A stretch of DNA of 64,000 nt from positions 224,001 to 288,000 of the forward strand of contig CAXWPH010000006.1 of assembly GCA_963666055.2 (NCBI GenBank), in the 5' to 3' direction. Below, piece by piece: positions 20,919-31,673 of this stretch (positions within the stretch are counted from its first letter, which is position 1; each line of letters begins with the position of its first letter). Position numbers and translations under genes: made by a program. This stretch comes from Acidobacteriota bacterium (GTDB lineage: Bacteria > Acidobacteriota > UBA890 > WLXD01). The notes under the pieces were generated by a model that worked only from the letters and a program-made list of their open reading frames with translations, searched no databases and was not told the DNA's origin.

Positions 20919-21258
20919 CTCTCTTCCTCCTTTAGATCAATGGGGATGGCGAGCGCTCGCGCTTGACTCGCCGTGTCTGAGATCCGCATTGGCGAACCCC
21001 CTTGGTTGACGGTGGCGCGCCGCGGATCGGCTAAACGCTTCCACGTGCATGGCTGCTACTCTGCCGGGAAGCTCGGGAAGCTCGGGAAGCGACAACCCTA
21101 CTCTTGGAGCCGGCTAGACAACACCCTTGTTCCCTCTCGCTTACGTGATCTCTGCCCTCGTGCTGCCCTCACGTTGGATCGCTGCGCTGGCCTGGATGTG
21201 AGTACCCGAGGCTTCGCAAGGCTCGCAGTCGATCCGCTCACCGCGCTACGGTTGCGCA

Positions 21259-22941
21259 ATGAGCAAGCGTCTTGAAGGTAGTGAACCCCTTCACAGATCT
21301 GGTGTACCGGTTGGTGCTACGGCCAACGATTTCTGGCAGTGGTCGGCCTCAGACCTGCTGAGCAATACGCTTCGGGGAACGCTCGCAGAGTACATCGTGG
21401 CCCGTGACCTAGGTGTGGCGTCGGGCGTTCGGGAGGAATGGCGTGCCTACGATCTCCAGACGCCTGAGGGGATCAAGGTCGAGGTTAAGGCATCGAGCTA
21501 TTGGCAGAGCTGGGGTCAGACTCGACCCTCCGTGATCGAGTTCGACATCGCTCGAAAGCTCCCCTGGGACCCGGTCACGGGCGAGTATGGCCCCGAGAAA
21601 GTCCGGTCAGCGGATGTCTACGTTTTCTGTGTACTGGGGGAGCCCAGCAACGAGCAGCCGGACCCGCTGGATCTAGATCAGTGGGCGTTCTTGGCGCTGG
21701 CGACCGAGGTATTTGACCGCAGGGTCGATAACCAGAAGACAATCCGACTCAATCCACTTCGCGCTTTGAGTCCCACGGAGGTGGACACTCGTGGTATCCG
21801 CCGAGCGATCGAGCAGGTGCTCGAAGAAGTCGGGGCCGGGCCGCGAGAGCCCGCGCAAGCACAACGTAGGAGGCGGCCTGCGAGTCCGACCGAGTCATCC
21901 CGTGCGTTTGTTGTGGCGTCGCGCAGAAGAGGCATAGCCACCCATGGCATCGTCCCCTGTCACCAAGGCGCAGGCATACGGAGTGGAGGCTCCGTCGCCT
22001 CACTGCCCGGATTGGTGGTGCACGCAGACTGGGGCTCGGCGCCGAAGAAACGTTGGATGTCCGTCGCCGTTAAGTCTGGGTCGACGTTCCGTGTGGAAGC
22101 TCCAGAGCTGGTCGGTGAACTCGGCAGTTTCTGGCGGCGGCTTCTGCAGCGTGGGGGCGGATCGGGCGCACTTGTAGGCTTCGACTTCCCGATTGGACTG
22201 CCATCCGCCTTCGCTGAACTTGCCGGGATCGAGCGATTCAAGCTGGCACTCGGCGAGTTTGGCAAGGACCCCTGGGCCCACTTCTACACGCTCGCGGAGC
22301 TACCCTCTGACATCTCCATCCACCGGCCCTTCTATCCGTACCGAGCCGGCGCAACGAAGCAGCATCACTTGCTGGATGCTCTCGGCCTCTCGGACATGAA
22401 CACGCTGCGACGCCGGTGCGACCTCCCGACTTCAACCCGGGGCGCCGCTTCACCGATTTTCTGGACGCTCGGGGCCAAGCAGGTCGGGCGAGCGGCCATC
22501 ATCGGCTGGCGGGACTTGTTGGCACCGGCCCTCATCGACCCTTCGATTGACCTTAGGATCTGGCCGTTCGATGGCGACCTCACCGACCTCGTTCATCCTG
22601 GCGCGGTCGTGGTCGTAGAAACCTACCCCGCCGAGGCCTGCGTTCAGCTGGGGATGACGCCCCCCGGGCGCGGATGGAGTAAGACGTCGCAGGCTGGTCG
22701 CGCAAGCCAGGCTGGTCTCATCAAAGCCTGGGCCGGCGCACGCGGCGTGCGTCTGACCGAGCAGCTTGTCGACTCGCTCGAGACCGGCTTCGGCCCAGAC
22801 CCAAGCGGCGATGACCCGTTCGATGCGATGATCGGCCTGCTCTCCATGCTTGAGGTCGTATTGGGCTTTCGCAAGGAGGGTGCTCCCCACGAGCCAGCTG
22901 TTCGGAACGTCGAGGGCTGGATCCTGGGACAGAACTCATAA
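21259..22941 (+). CDS. Fusion of PD-(D/E)xK restriction-like nuclease and DUF429-like RNase H-fold nuclease
   Basis: N-domain LAEYIVA..YDLQ..VEVKAS; C-domain HADWG, GFDFPIGLP, VETYPA, DPFDA. Confidence 0.65.
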   Translation: MSKRLEGSEPLHRSGVPVGATANDFWQWSASDLLSNTLRGTLAEYIVARDLGVASGVREEWRAYDLQTPEGIKVEVKASSYWQSWGQTRPSVIEFDIARKLPWDPVTGEYGPEKVRSADVYVFCVLGEPSNEQPDPLDLDQWAFLALATEVFDRRVDNQKTIRLNPLRALSPTEVDTRGIRRAIEQVLEEVGAGPREPAQAQRRRRPASPTESSRAFVVASRRRGIATHGIVPCHQGAGIRSGGSVASLPGLVVHADWGSAPKKRWMSVAVKSGSTFRVEAPELVGELGSFWRRLLQRGGGSGALVGFDFPIGLPSAFAELAGIERFKLALGEFGKDPWAHFYTLAELPSDISIHRPFYPYRAGATKQHHLLDALGLSDMNTLRRRCDLPTSTRGAASPIFWTLGAKQVGRAAIIGWRDLLAPALIDPSIDLRIWPFDGDLTDLVHPGAVVVVETYPAEACVQLGMTPPGRGWSKTSQAGRASQAGLIKAWAGARGVRLTEQLVDSLETGFGPDPSGDDPFDAMIGLLSMLEVVLGFRKEGAPHEPAVRNVEGWILGQNS

Positions 22942-23231
22942 GTCATGCTACGTCTTCCGTGCAGTGCTCACGCAACCGAACGGGTGGAAACTAAATAGAG
23001 AGCTAACGGACCATCATCTCATCGTCGGCGCCCAAGCGGAGCCGACAGCGGCGGGTGTTAGCGCGCGGAAGAGTCTACGAAGGCCGCACCGCCAGCGTTC
23101 GAAGAGCACTCAAGGGCCGGGCAAGGGCTCTGTAAAGAATTGACATTCTCCTGGAGTCCGTGCTAGGAGCCTTCTATATTGCGGCGCCTGGGTCGGAAAA
23201 CCGTAACCGGGTTGGTTTTTTTTGAGAGAGC

Positions 23232-26200
23232 TTGCCCACGGCATCCGAAGACCACATGCATGAGGACTCACGGGGAAGAGAGCAGGACGATGCCGTACGA
23301 AAGGACGCCATCGCCCTCTTCAAGTTTCTGCGTGAGTTCACCGCCCTGCGCTCCAAGACGATCAGGAGCATCGATCAGTACGACACGGTGCTCTGGCTCT
23401 CGGATGTGCCGCGCGAAGCCGGCGTAGCCTGCGCGGCCTGGGAACAGAGTCGCGAGACCGATCTCGGCGACACGTGGCTTGAGATCATGAAACCCAAGCT
23501 GCCGAAGGTCCCGGCTCCGCCGGGGGCCACCGAGCCGTGGCTCGATAGGGAGCAGCTCAGGGATTCCTCGCTCGACTTACCAGAGCTGCGATCGCAGATC
23601 AGCCGCCGGATCGAGGACGGCGACGGCGAGCCCCAATACGAAACGCTCGAACTTGAGGACCATCCTGAGATTTCGGCCGCCTGGGATCGATATATCGAAG
23701 AAGAATGGTGGCCGTGGCGCGAAGTTGACCGCCAGCTGCGACCCGTCCACGAGTGCTATTCGAAACTCTACGCGATTCATCAGAGGCAGCAGAGGTTGGG
23801 TGAGCAGTACGAAGCCGTCCTTGGCCTGGGTCTCTTGCGCTGGCGAACCCCAGATTCTCAAGAGATTCGGAGGCATCTGATCGTTGCCCAGACGTCTGTT
23901 CACTTCGATCCCGTCAGCGGAACGATTACCGTCGGTCCGGCGGGAGAAGGTGCGAACCTCCGGCTAGAGCAAGACATGCTCGAGCCGAGCTGGCGACCAG
24001 ACCCCGACGAGAGCCGTGCGATCGAGACTCAGATCATGTCGATCGGCGATGACGGAATATGGGATGGCGTCGGAGTCCGCGACGCGTTGCAGGCCTGGGT
24101 GAACGCGACGGCGGCGGCGGGCACATATTCCAGTGCTCTCAATGAGCCGGCTGGTTTCAGCCCCGACCCTGTCGTCCACTTATCGCCAGCTCTCGTGCTG
24201 CGAAAGCGCACGGCGCGCTCCTTTCTCAAGGCCTTCGATGACGTCTTGACCGATCTTGAAGAGGGCGCAGCGGTGCCGTTCGGCGTTGAACGCTACGTGA
24301 CCGTCGCTGAGGAGGCAGAGGGAGATCATCAAGAGGACCCCTCGGACGCCGGACGGCCCGCTGAGATCCCCCCCCAGTTGTACTTCCCGCTGGAAACGAA
24401 CGCTCAGCAGAGCGAGATCGTGGAAAGGCTGCGATCCAACCAGGGCGTGTTGGTTCAGGGACCGCCTGGCACTGGTAAGTCACACACGATCGTCAACCTG
24501 GTCTGCCATCTCATGGCGGAGGGGAAACGAGTCCTTGTGACGAGCCATGCGCCACGCGCTCTCACTGTCCTCCGCCGCTATATCGCGGAGAAAGCTCCCG
24601 AAATCGCGCCTCTGGCCGTCGTGCTCCTTGGGAATGATCGCGAGAGCTTGAATGCAATGGAGCGGTCCGTCGAGGGAATCACGCAGCGGCACTCGAGCTG
24701 GGACGCCGCAGCGACGGAACGCGACATCGACCGCCTCGAACAACAGTTGAGCGACACCCTGGGAGAAGCCGCCGAGTGTCGAGAACGGCTCCGCTCGATC
24801 CGTGAGGCGGAGATCTATCAGCATCAGCCCATGCCTGGTGCCTACGCGGGAACTCTGCAGAGGATCGCGCGCAGACTTCGGCAGGAAGAAGAGAGTTTCG
24901 AGTGGTTCGAAGACCGGCCCCCGTCTTCCGAGCAGCAGCCGCCGCTCACGTCGACGGAGATGGAGCGACTCTTGGCCCTTGCGAGAGATCCTGTCGTCGG
25001 CCAGGTCCGCGACCGAACCTGGAAAGCGGTCGACGCATCTAGGTTGCGGTCGGCTGCGGACTTCTCAGGCATGGTCGCTCGGGCGCGTGCGGCCGAGAAA
25101 GCGGTCGAGGAAACAAAGGACTCGAGGGCGCATGAGGGGTTTGCTGCACTTCGGAGCACGACGACAGAACTGAGGCAGGATCTGTCCTCGGAACTGGGCG
25201 ATTTGGTGAGGCGCGCGCGCGGCATCGAAAGGCATATCCACGGATGGGCCGGTGTCGCAGTGCGGGACGTTCTCGGCGACCGTGATCGTGCGTGGCAGGA
25301 ATTGCTGGACGTTACTAAGGCCCGAATAGAAGCGCTGCAGGGAGCCGCTCGATGGGCCGATGAGAACCCCGTGTCAGGCCTGGATGAAACAGACCTCGCT
25401 GCGACCAAGGCTGATGCAGCCAAGCTGCTAGGCCATCTTGAGGGCGGTGGGAGGTGGGGCTTCGGACCATTTCGTGCTGGCGCGGTCAAGGATGGGATGT
25501 ACCTCCAGAAAGTACGAGTCGCGGGGAAACCCTGCGTCGACGCCGACACGCTGCGTGACCTGATCAAGCGGATGGACTTCCAGGATGAGCTGGATCGAGC
25601 ACGGTCGATGTGGCTGAGGTATGTCGCAATCGATTCGGCTCTGAGCGGCCCTTCCCAAATTGCCGAACTTGAAGATCTTTGCGAGCCGCTAGAGGCTGCC
25701 CTGGAGCTCCTACCGGCGAAACGGAGCGCACAAACGCAAGTCGAGGCGATACGCGGTCTCGCCCAGCCCGTCTGGCACGATATCGATGCGCTCGAGGGCC
25801 TCAGGCTAGCGGCGGGCGCGGTAGACGCAGCGAGCGGAGCCCGGATAGCCACCGAACAGATCGAGACGTATGGGGCCGAAGTAGCGAGTCTTCTTCCGCC
25901 GGCAGGCGAATGGGACCCAGAGAGCCGACGGCTTCTCGCCGCGATCGACGCGCAAGACGCCGACGGCTATTCCGAGGCGCTGGCGACCTTGGGCGAACAC
26001 TACGACGAGTTATCGGTGCTTGCCGAAGGAGACTCCCTAGCCACGAGACTGGCCGAAGGAGCTCCGAAGCTCGCGGCTTCGATCAAAGCAAATCCGACGA
26101 GTCAAGAATGGAGCGGAGCCGTAGGAGGGCTTGAAGCGGCTTGGAATTGGGCGCGAACTCGGCGATGGCTAGCGGAAAGGACAGACCCTTCCGCGGAAAT

Positions 26201-28475
26201 CGAGACTAAGCTGCGTCTTGACGGAATTCGCCAGCGCGAACGCAGACTGTTGGGGGAGCTGGCGAGTCTGAAGGCATGGTCGCATTGCTTCGATCGAATG
26301 ACCGAACACGAGAGGCAGCATCTCGTCGCCTGGGCGCTCGCCACCAAGAATGTCGGCAAGGGAACGGGAAAGTACGCGCCGAAGCATCGGCGCGCGGCGC
26401 GCGCGAACATGAACGAATGCCGGGGTGCGATCCCAGCTTGGATCATGCCGCTCTATCGAGTCGCGGAGTCGATCACCCCGGGACGCGACAAGTTCGACGT
26501 GGCCATTATCGACGAGGCGAGCCAATCGGGTCCCGAGGCGCTCCTACTGACCTACCTGGCGGACAAACTGGTCGTAGTTGGCGACGACCGGCAGATTGCG
26601 CCGAACTTCATCGGTGTGAACAGGGCGGATGTCGATGATCTACGGGAGCGGTACATTCGCAAACTTCCGATGGCCAATCAGTACGGAGCTGAGAACAGTT
26701 TCTTCGAACTCGCCGACATCAGATATCCGGGCCGAATTCGACTTCGAGAGCACTACCGATGTATGCCGGAGATCATCCAGTTCTCCAACAACCTTTCATA
26801 CTCCAATCAACCGCTTGAGCCGCTTAGGCAATACGGCGCTGGCCGCCTTGAGCCCGTCGTCGCGAACGTCCACGTGGCCGATGGTTTTGCTCGAGGGCGG
26901 GGCTCATCCACAGTCAACCCGCGGGAAGCTGAGGCGCTGGTTCAGCGCATCGTCGAGTATTCCGCGTACCCCGATTACGACAACAAGACTTTCGGCGTAA
27001 TCAGTCTTCTGGGTTCTTCCCAAGCCAGATTGATCGAAGGGATCTTGTTCGACGAGCTCGGACCGGAGGAGATGACTCGCCGACAGATTGTCTGCGGTGA
27101 CGCCTACGCGTTCCAGGGCGACGAGCGCGACGTCATGTTCTTGAGCCTAGTGGCAGCGCCTGGCGAAGGGCGCAGAATTCACGCGCTCACGTCACGGATG
27201 TATGAACGTATATTCAACGTTGCCGCGAGTCGGGCTAGGGATCAGATGCTCCTCTTCCACACAGCCACTTTGAACGATTTGAACCCTAACTGCATGCGTC
27301 ACCGATTGCTCTCGTACTGTAGTCATCCCGGCCTGGAGCAACCAACCGTCGGCGGCCATGACGTTGAGGACCTGCATCGTCTTGCTTCTGCCGACGGCCG
27401 TGGTCAGCGGACACCGCCCGAGCCCTTCGACAGTTGGTTCGAGGTCGACGTTTTTCTTCGAATTGCGGACGCGGGCTTCCGTGTGTTGCCTCAGTACGCG
27501 GTGTCTGGCTATCGGATCGACATGGTCGTTGAGGGCATGGAACGCCGGCTGGCGGTGGAGTGCGACGGGGATGAGTGGCACGGCGCGGAGCGATACTTGG
27601 AAGACATGCAACGTCAGAGGCAACTTGAACGCTGCGGGTTCCCGTTTTGGAGGCTGCGCGGCAGCGCGTTCGAGTTGGACCCGGACAAGGCGATGAAGTC
27701 CCTATGGGAGGCGCTTGATCACCATGGGATCTCGCCGGGTCACGTTTCGGCAGAGGACGGAGATGAGGAAGCGGCGGCAGCAGTGCCAGAGATTCCAGAT
27801 TCGCCCCCTGACTTCGTGTTGAGGCCACCTTCTATAGCGGCAGACCTCGCTGAGCCAAAGCAGGCCCAACTGGTTTCACCGATTCCGATCAAGTCTCAGG
27901 CTCAAGCGGCAGCGCATCCGGCCGACGAAGAGCCGGCGGGACACCCCTTGCCGGTCGCGTCACGACAGGCGCAGTACGTACTCTGGGTAGAGTGGACCAT
28001 GCCGGATCCCCGTGTCGCTTCAGCCGCCGAACTGGCTGAAGGCATCGTCTCCGTTGTTGAAGCGGAAGGGCCGGTTCGCATACGCCGAGTCTTTCAACTG
28101 CTAACGAAGGCAGCAGGCTTGAGGCGTGTCAGGCGGCTTGTACGTGAGGGACTCGAACGCGGCCTGAACGAGGCGCTGCGAGAAGGCCTGGTCGAAGAAC
28201 ATCCGGATCCGCTCAGTTCCGGGCGGTTAGATGCGGTGTTGATACGCGAAGGCCGGCCAACGGTCATCGTGCGTCCAGCAGCCGGGCGCTCGTTTGCCGA
28301 GATCCCATCGACCGAACTGAAGACTGTAGTCCGGGAGATTCTTGCAGAGAATCCGGCGTTCGGAGATGAAGCGATCATGCGGGCCGCCATGGCCCACTAC
28401 GAGTTCAGACGGCTCACGGCCAACATGAAATCGAGGATGCTTGTTCTCCTCGACGGGCGCTGTTCAACTTCATGA
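23232..28475 (+). CDS. SF1 (UPF1-like) helicase with Vsr/MTES_1575-like nuclease and DUF3320-like C-terminus (Hhe-like)
   Basis: QGPPGTGKS, IIDEASQ, VGDDRQ, LREHYRC, FQGDERD, NVAASRAR; FDSWFE..RIDMV..AVECDG; C-terminal VVEAEGPV. True start may be slightly downstream. Confidence 0.8.
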   Translation: MPTASEDHMHEDSRGREQDDAVRKDAIALFKFLREFTALRSKTIRSIDQYDTVLWLSDVPREAGVACAAWEQSRETDLGDTWLEIMKPKLPKVPAPPGATEPWLDREQLRDSSLDLPELRSQISRRIEDGDGEPQYETLELEDHPEISAAWDRYIEEEWWPWREVDRQLRPVHECYSKLYAIHQRQQRLGEQYEAVLGLGLLRWRTPDSQEIRRHLIVAQTSVHFDPVSGTITVGPAGEGANLRLEQDMLEPSWRPDPDESRAIETQIMSIGDDGIWDGVGVRDALQAWVNATAAAGTYSSALNEPAGFSPDPVVHLSPALVLRKRTARSFLKAFDDVLTDLEEGAAVPFGVERYVTVAEEAEGDHQEDPSDAGRPAEIPPQLYFPLETNAQQSEIVERLRSNQGVLVQGPPGTGKSHTIVNLVCHLMAEGKRVLVTSHAPRALTVLRRYIAEKAPEIAPLAVVLLGNDRESLNAMERSVEGITQRHSSWDAAATERDIDRLEQQLSDTLGEAAECRERLRSIREAEIYQHQPMPGAYAGTLQRIARRLRQEEESFEWFEDRPPSSEQQPPLTSTEMERLLALARDPVVGQVRDRTWKAVDASRLRSAADFSGMVARARAAEKAVEETKDSRAHEGFAALRSTTTELRQDLSSELGDLVRRARGIERHIHGWAGVAVRDVLGDRDRAWQELLDVTKARIEALQGAARWADENPVSGLDETDLAATKADAAKLLGHLEGGGRWGFGPFRAGAVKDGMYLQKVRVAGKPCVDADTLRDLIKRMDFQDELDRARSMWLRYVAIDSALSGPSQIAELEDLCEPLEAALELLPAKRSAQTQVEAIRGLAQPVWHDIDALEGLRLAAGAVDAASGARIATEQIETYGAEVASLLPPAGEWDPESRRLLAAIDAQDADGYSEALATLGEHYDELSVLAEGDSLATRLAEGAPKLAASIKANPTSQEWSGAVGGLEAAWNWARTRRWLAERTDPSAEIETKLRLDGIRQRERRLLGELASLKAWSHCFDRMTEHERQHLVAWALATKNVGKGTGKYAPKHRRAARANMNECRGAIPAWIMPLYRVAESITPGRDKFDVAIIDEASQSGPEALLLTYLADKLVVVGDDRQIAPNFIGVNRADVDDLRERYIRKLPMANQYGAENSFFELADIRYPGRIRLREHYRCMPEIIQFSNNLSYSNQPLEPLRQYGAGRLEPVVANVHVADGFARGRGSSTVNPREAEALVQRIVEYSAYPDYDNKTFGVISLLGSSQARLIEGILFDELGPEEMTRRQIVCGDAYAFQGDERDVMFLSLVAAPGEGRRIHALTSRMYERIFNVAASRARDQMLLFHTATLNDLNPNCMRHRLLSYCSHPGLEQPTVGGHDVEDLHRLASADGRGQRTPPEPFDSWFEVDVFLRIADAGFRVLPQYAVSGYRIDMVVEGMERRLAVECDGDEWHGAERYLEDMQRQRQLERCGFPFWRLRGSAFELDPDKAMKSLWEALDHHGISPGHVSAEDGDEEAAAAVPEIPDSPPDFVLRPPSIAADLAEPKQAQLVSPIPIKSQAQAAAHPADEEPAGHPLPVASRQAQYVLWVEWTMPDPRVASAAELAEGIVSVVEAEGPVRIRRVFQLLTKAAGLRRVRRLVREGLERGLNEALREGLVEEHPDPLSSGRLDAVLIREGRPTVIVRPAAGRSFAEIPSTELKTVVREILAENPAFGDEAIMRAAMAHYEFRRLTANMKSRMLVLLDGRCSTS

Positions 28476-28709
28476 TCGATAGCGGTTCGGCGAACGGTCG
28501 TGAGCTCCCTGGGAATCCTCGGTACGTTCGTTGGTGTCGCGGTCGCGCTCCTGCGTTTCGATTCCACCGATATCCAAGGCAGCGTTCCGTTCCTATGAGC
28601 ACAGACAGCTCCGTTTCCACCCCGAGCTACTTCGCGTACAAGCGCCTGTGCGAAGCAGGAGATATCAAGTAGGGCGTGGGCCTGACTGAGCGCAAGAGGG
28701 ACGAACCTG

Positions 28710-31673
28710 GTGGGCAGCCTTCATCCAATCCATCGCCGCTACTACGCGGAGGACCTGGTCCGCCGTCGCCGCGCTGGCGAGGCCCGACGCTACGCAGCCT
28801 CTCAGCGTCAGGGCCGTATTGACCCGAACCCTCACCAGATTGACGCGGTCATGTTCGCGCTGCAACGGATCCCGGAGGGCGGCTGTATCCTGGCCGACGA
28901 GGTCGGCCTGGGCAAGACTATCGAGGCTGGACTGGTCATCGCCCAGCTGCTCGCCGAGAGCGCGGAACGGATTCTGATCATTCTGCCGCGGGCTCTGGTT
29001 GGCCAGTGGCAGGACGAGCTGTTCTCGTTGTTCGGGATCTCGGCGTTCGAGGCGTCGGAGCCGGGCACCGACACCGATGGGCCCGGGGTCTTCCTGGCCG
29101 GCCGCGAGTGGGCCGGCGGCCAGCGCGGCTCGGAGAAGCTCGGCTCAGGCCCCCCGTTCGATCTCTGCGTGATCGACGAGGCGCACGAACTGTTCGCATC
29201 AATCCACCGCCGGTTCGATGGCCTTGGCAGCTACCAGGAGGAGCACAAGGAGGCGCAAACCGCGCACCGGGTGCGCAAGCTACTGGGGCCGTCACCAGTT
29301 CTGCTTCTTACAGCAACGCCCATGCAGAACTCGCTGCTCGAGCTGTGGGGACTCGTTCAGTACGTCGAGCGTTCGGGCACACTACTCGGCCTTCGCCCCA
29401 CCTTCAGAAAGCTCTTCTGCGAGGACACTGCGGGGAAACGAATCATCCCCGAGCAATCGCCCGACCTGAGACGACGTCTCGCATCAGTGGTGCATCGAAC
29501 CCTGCGTCGCCAGGCTCAGGAGTTCCTGGAGAAGCCGTTCGTTGGTCGCAGCGCGCGCCTGTTCGAGTACAAGATGGAACCCGACGAGCGTTCGCTCTAC
29601 GACGACGTCACCGCCTACCTGCTCCGCCCGACCCTGCACGCATTCCGTGGCCGCTCGCGGCAGCTCCTCCTGATCGGTTTTCATCGCCGCATGGCCTCGT
29701 CCACGGCTGCTCTCGCCGCGAGCCTGCAGCAGGTCGCCAACCGCCTTCGCAAACTCGTACGCGGCCCGGAACAGGACGACGCCGCGGAGCTGAGCGCCGA
29801 CTTCCTCGCCGATCTCGAGGACGAGGACGACACGAGCCCCGCCGTGACCGAGGAGACCTCCCCCGCCCCCAAGCGCGCGGACGTTCGCAAAGAACTCGCA
29901 GAGGTCGAGGATTTCATCCGTCGGGCCCAGGATCTGCCCCACGACAGCAAGGCCCAGAGCCTGGTGACCGCCGTGGAGACCATCGGCAAGAGGGAGAGCG
30001 GCAGCCACAAAGTGGTCATCTTCACCGAGTCTCTGACGACCCAGAGTTACCTGCGCGACCTGCTAGTGGAGAAGGCCGGACTGCGCGAAGACGAGATCAC
30101 CCTCTTCTCTGGCGCCAACAACCACTCACGTGCCCGGGACGCCCTCGCCAAGTGGCAGGAAGAAATCGGCAACGGCCTCCCTCCCCATTCCCGGCCGAGC
30201 CCCAACATCGCCGTGCGCCTGGCGCTGGTGCACGAGTTCAGGACCCGCTCGCGCGTGTTCATCTCCACCGAAGCCGGCGCCAAGGGGCTAAACCTGCAGT
30301 TCTGCGACACCATCGTCAACTATGACCTGCCGTGGAACCCGCAGCGCATTGAGCAGCGCATCGGCCGCTGCCACCGCTACGGCCAGACCCGCGATGTCAC
30401 CGTCATCAACTTCCTGGCGAAGGACAACGAGGCTCAACGGCTCACCTTCGACATTCTCAGTCAGAAGCTCGAGCTCTTCGGCACAGTCCTGGGAATGTCC
30501 GACGAGGTTCTCCACGAGAGCAGCGAAGACGGCACCGCAGAGCTGGGCATGAGCCTGGGCCCCGACTTCGAAGCCCAGATCCGCCGCATCTGGGATCGCG
30601 CTCGCTCGGTGCAGGAGGTAGAGGTCGAGCTGCGCCGACTGCGAGACTCCGTCGATGAGCGCCGCCGTTCGCTCGAAGACGTGCGCGAGCACACGGTAGG
30701 CCTGATCGAGAGCCGTCTCGACGAGTCGGTGCGAGCCGTCTTCCGCCAGATTCGTGAGGAGCTCCCGGCGACGCTCGCCGAACTCGACAGCGACCTGGAG
30801 CGCGTCGCAACGGCCTACCTGGTGGCCCTCGGAGCGCAGCACACTGTCCACGCCGACAACGGCAAGCGCGTCATCGACGTGCCAGAGTCAGAAGTGCTCC
30901 CCGCGACCCTCGCCGAGGGCTTCCGTGTAGCACTAGGCCACTCCAGCTCTCTGGAGGAAATTGAGTCGCTCCACGGCCGGCACCCGCTGATCGAGGCCGC
31001 CCTTAGAGAATCGCGGCAAAGCGGCACCGGTGACTTCCGGCTTCGCTTCCACCTCGCCGACGACGGCTCCCCCGTCCTGAAGGCCCGCCGCGGCGCCCGC
31101 GGACGATTGGCACTCACCAAGGTCTCCTACTCCGGCTACGAGAGCGAGGACCGACTGGTGGTAACCGCGATCTTCGAAGACTCCGAGGTGCTCCGCCCTG
31201 CCGAGGCCGCCCGGGAGCTGCTCCGCCTCCCCTGCGAGGACGTCTCGGACATCGACCTCCCGTGCAAACTGACGAAGGACGACCTCGACGAGGTCGTTGA
31301 CGAGGAGATGTTCCTCGATCATTCGGACGCCGCCCGACGCGAGCAGGATCGCTTCGAGCGCGCCCTCGACCAGCTCAACCAGTTCATGGACGACCGCTCC
31401 CTTGTTCTCCGCCGCGAGTTGATAGACGTGGCCGCGGCCCTTGAGAAGGCCGAGACCACCCGCGACGGTGCCCTCGGGCCCGAGGCCCGACAGGCCGCGC
31501 AGGATCGCGTGCTGCGTCACGAGGAGCGAGTGCAGGCCATCGAGGCCGACCTCGAGAAGGTCGACTCGCGAGCCGACGCCGTGTACGAGAAGTGGCGCGA
31601 TCACGCCCACGCCCGCCGATACAAGCCGCCCGAGCCCGAGCGGCTCTTCAACGTCGAGTTCGTTCTCGAATGA
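28710..31673 (+). CDS. SNF2/RapA-like SF2 helicase with C-terminal coiled coil
   Basis: LADEVGLGKT, IDEAH, LTATPMQN, STEAGAKGLNLQ, YDLPWNPQRIEQRIGRCHRYGQ. Confidence 0.9.
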   Translation: MGSLHPIHRRYYAEDLVRRRRAGEARRYAASQRQGRIDPNPHQIDAVMFALQRIPEGGCILADEVGLGKTIEAGLVIAQLLAESAERILIILPRALVGQWQDELFSLFGISAFEASEPGTDTDGPGVFLAGREWAGGQRGSEKLGSGPPFDLCVIDEAHELFASIHRRFDGLGSYQEEHKEAQTAHRVRKLLGPSPVLLLTATPMQNSLLELWGLVQYVERSGTLLGLRPTFRKLFCEDTAGKRIIPEQSPDLRRRLASVVHRTLRRQAQEFLEKPFVGRSARLFEYKMEPDERSLYDDVTAYLLRPTLHAFRGRSRQLLLIGFHRRMASSTAALAASLQQVANRLRKLVRGPEQDDAAELSADFLADLEDEDDTSPAVTEETSPAPKRADVRKELAEVEDFIRRAQDLPHDSKAQSLVTAVETIGKRESGSHKVVIFTESLTTQSYLRDLLVEKAGLREDEITLFSGANNHSRARDALAKWQEEIGNGLPPHSRPSPNIAVRLALVHEFRTRSRVFISTEAGAKGLNLQFCDTIVNYDLPWNPQRIEQRIGRCHRYGQTRDVTVINFLAKDNEAQRLTFDILSQKLELFGTVLGMSDEVLHESSEDGTAELGMSLGPDFEAQIRRIWDRARSVQEVEVELRRLRDSVDERRRSLEDVREHTVGLIESRLDESVRAVFRQIREELPATLAELDSDLERVATAYLVALGAQHTVHADNGKRVIDVPESEVLPATLAEGFRVALGHSSSLEEIESLHGRHPLIEAALRESRQSGTGDFRLRFHLADDGSPVLKARRGARGRLALTKVSYSGYESEDRLVVTAIFEDSEVLRPAEAARELLRLPCEDVSDIDLPCKLTKDDLDEVVDEEMFLDHSDAARREQDRFERALDQLNQFMDDRSLVLRRELIDVAAALEKAETTRDGALGPEARQAAQDRVLRHEERVQAIEADLEKVDSRADAVYEKWRDHAHARRYKPPEPERLFNVEFVLE

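Noticed and set aside
21065-21090. CGGGAAGCT tandem repeat (~3 copies)
   Set aside because: Short, intergenic and without supporting context.
23140-23225. TTGACA and a hairpin plus T-run upstream of the helicase as promoter/attenuator
   Set aside because: No good -10 at 16-18 bp and the stem is weak and interrupted.
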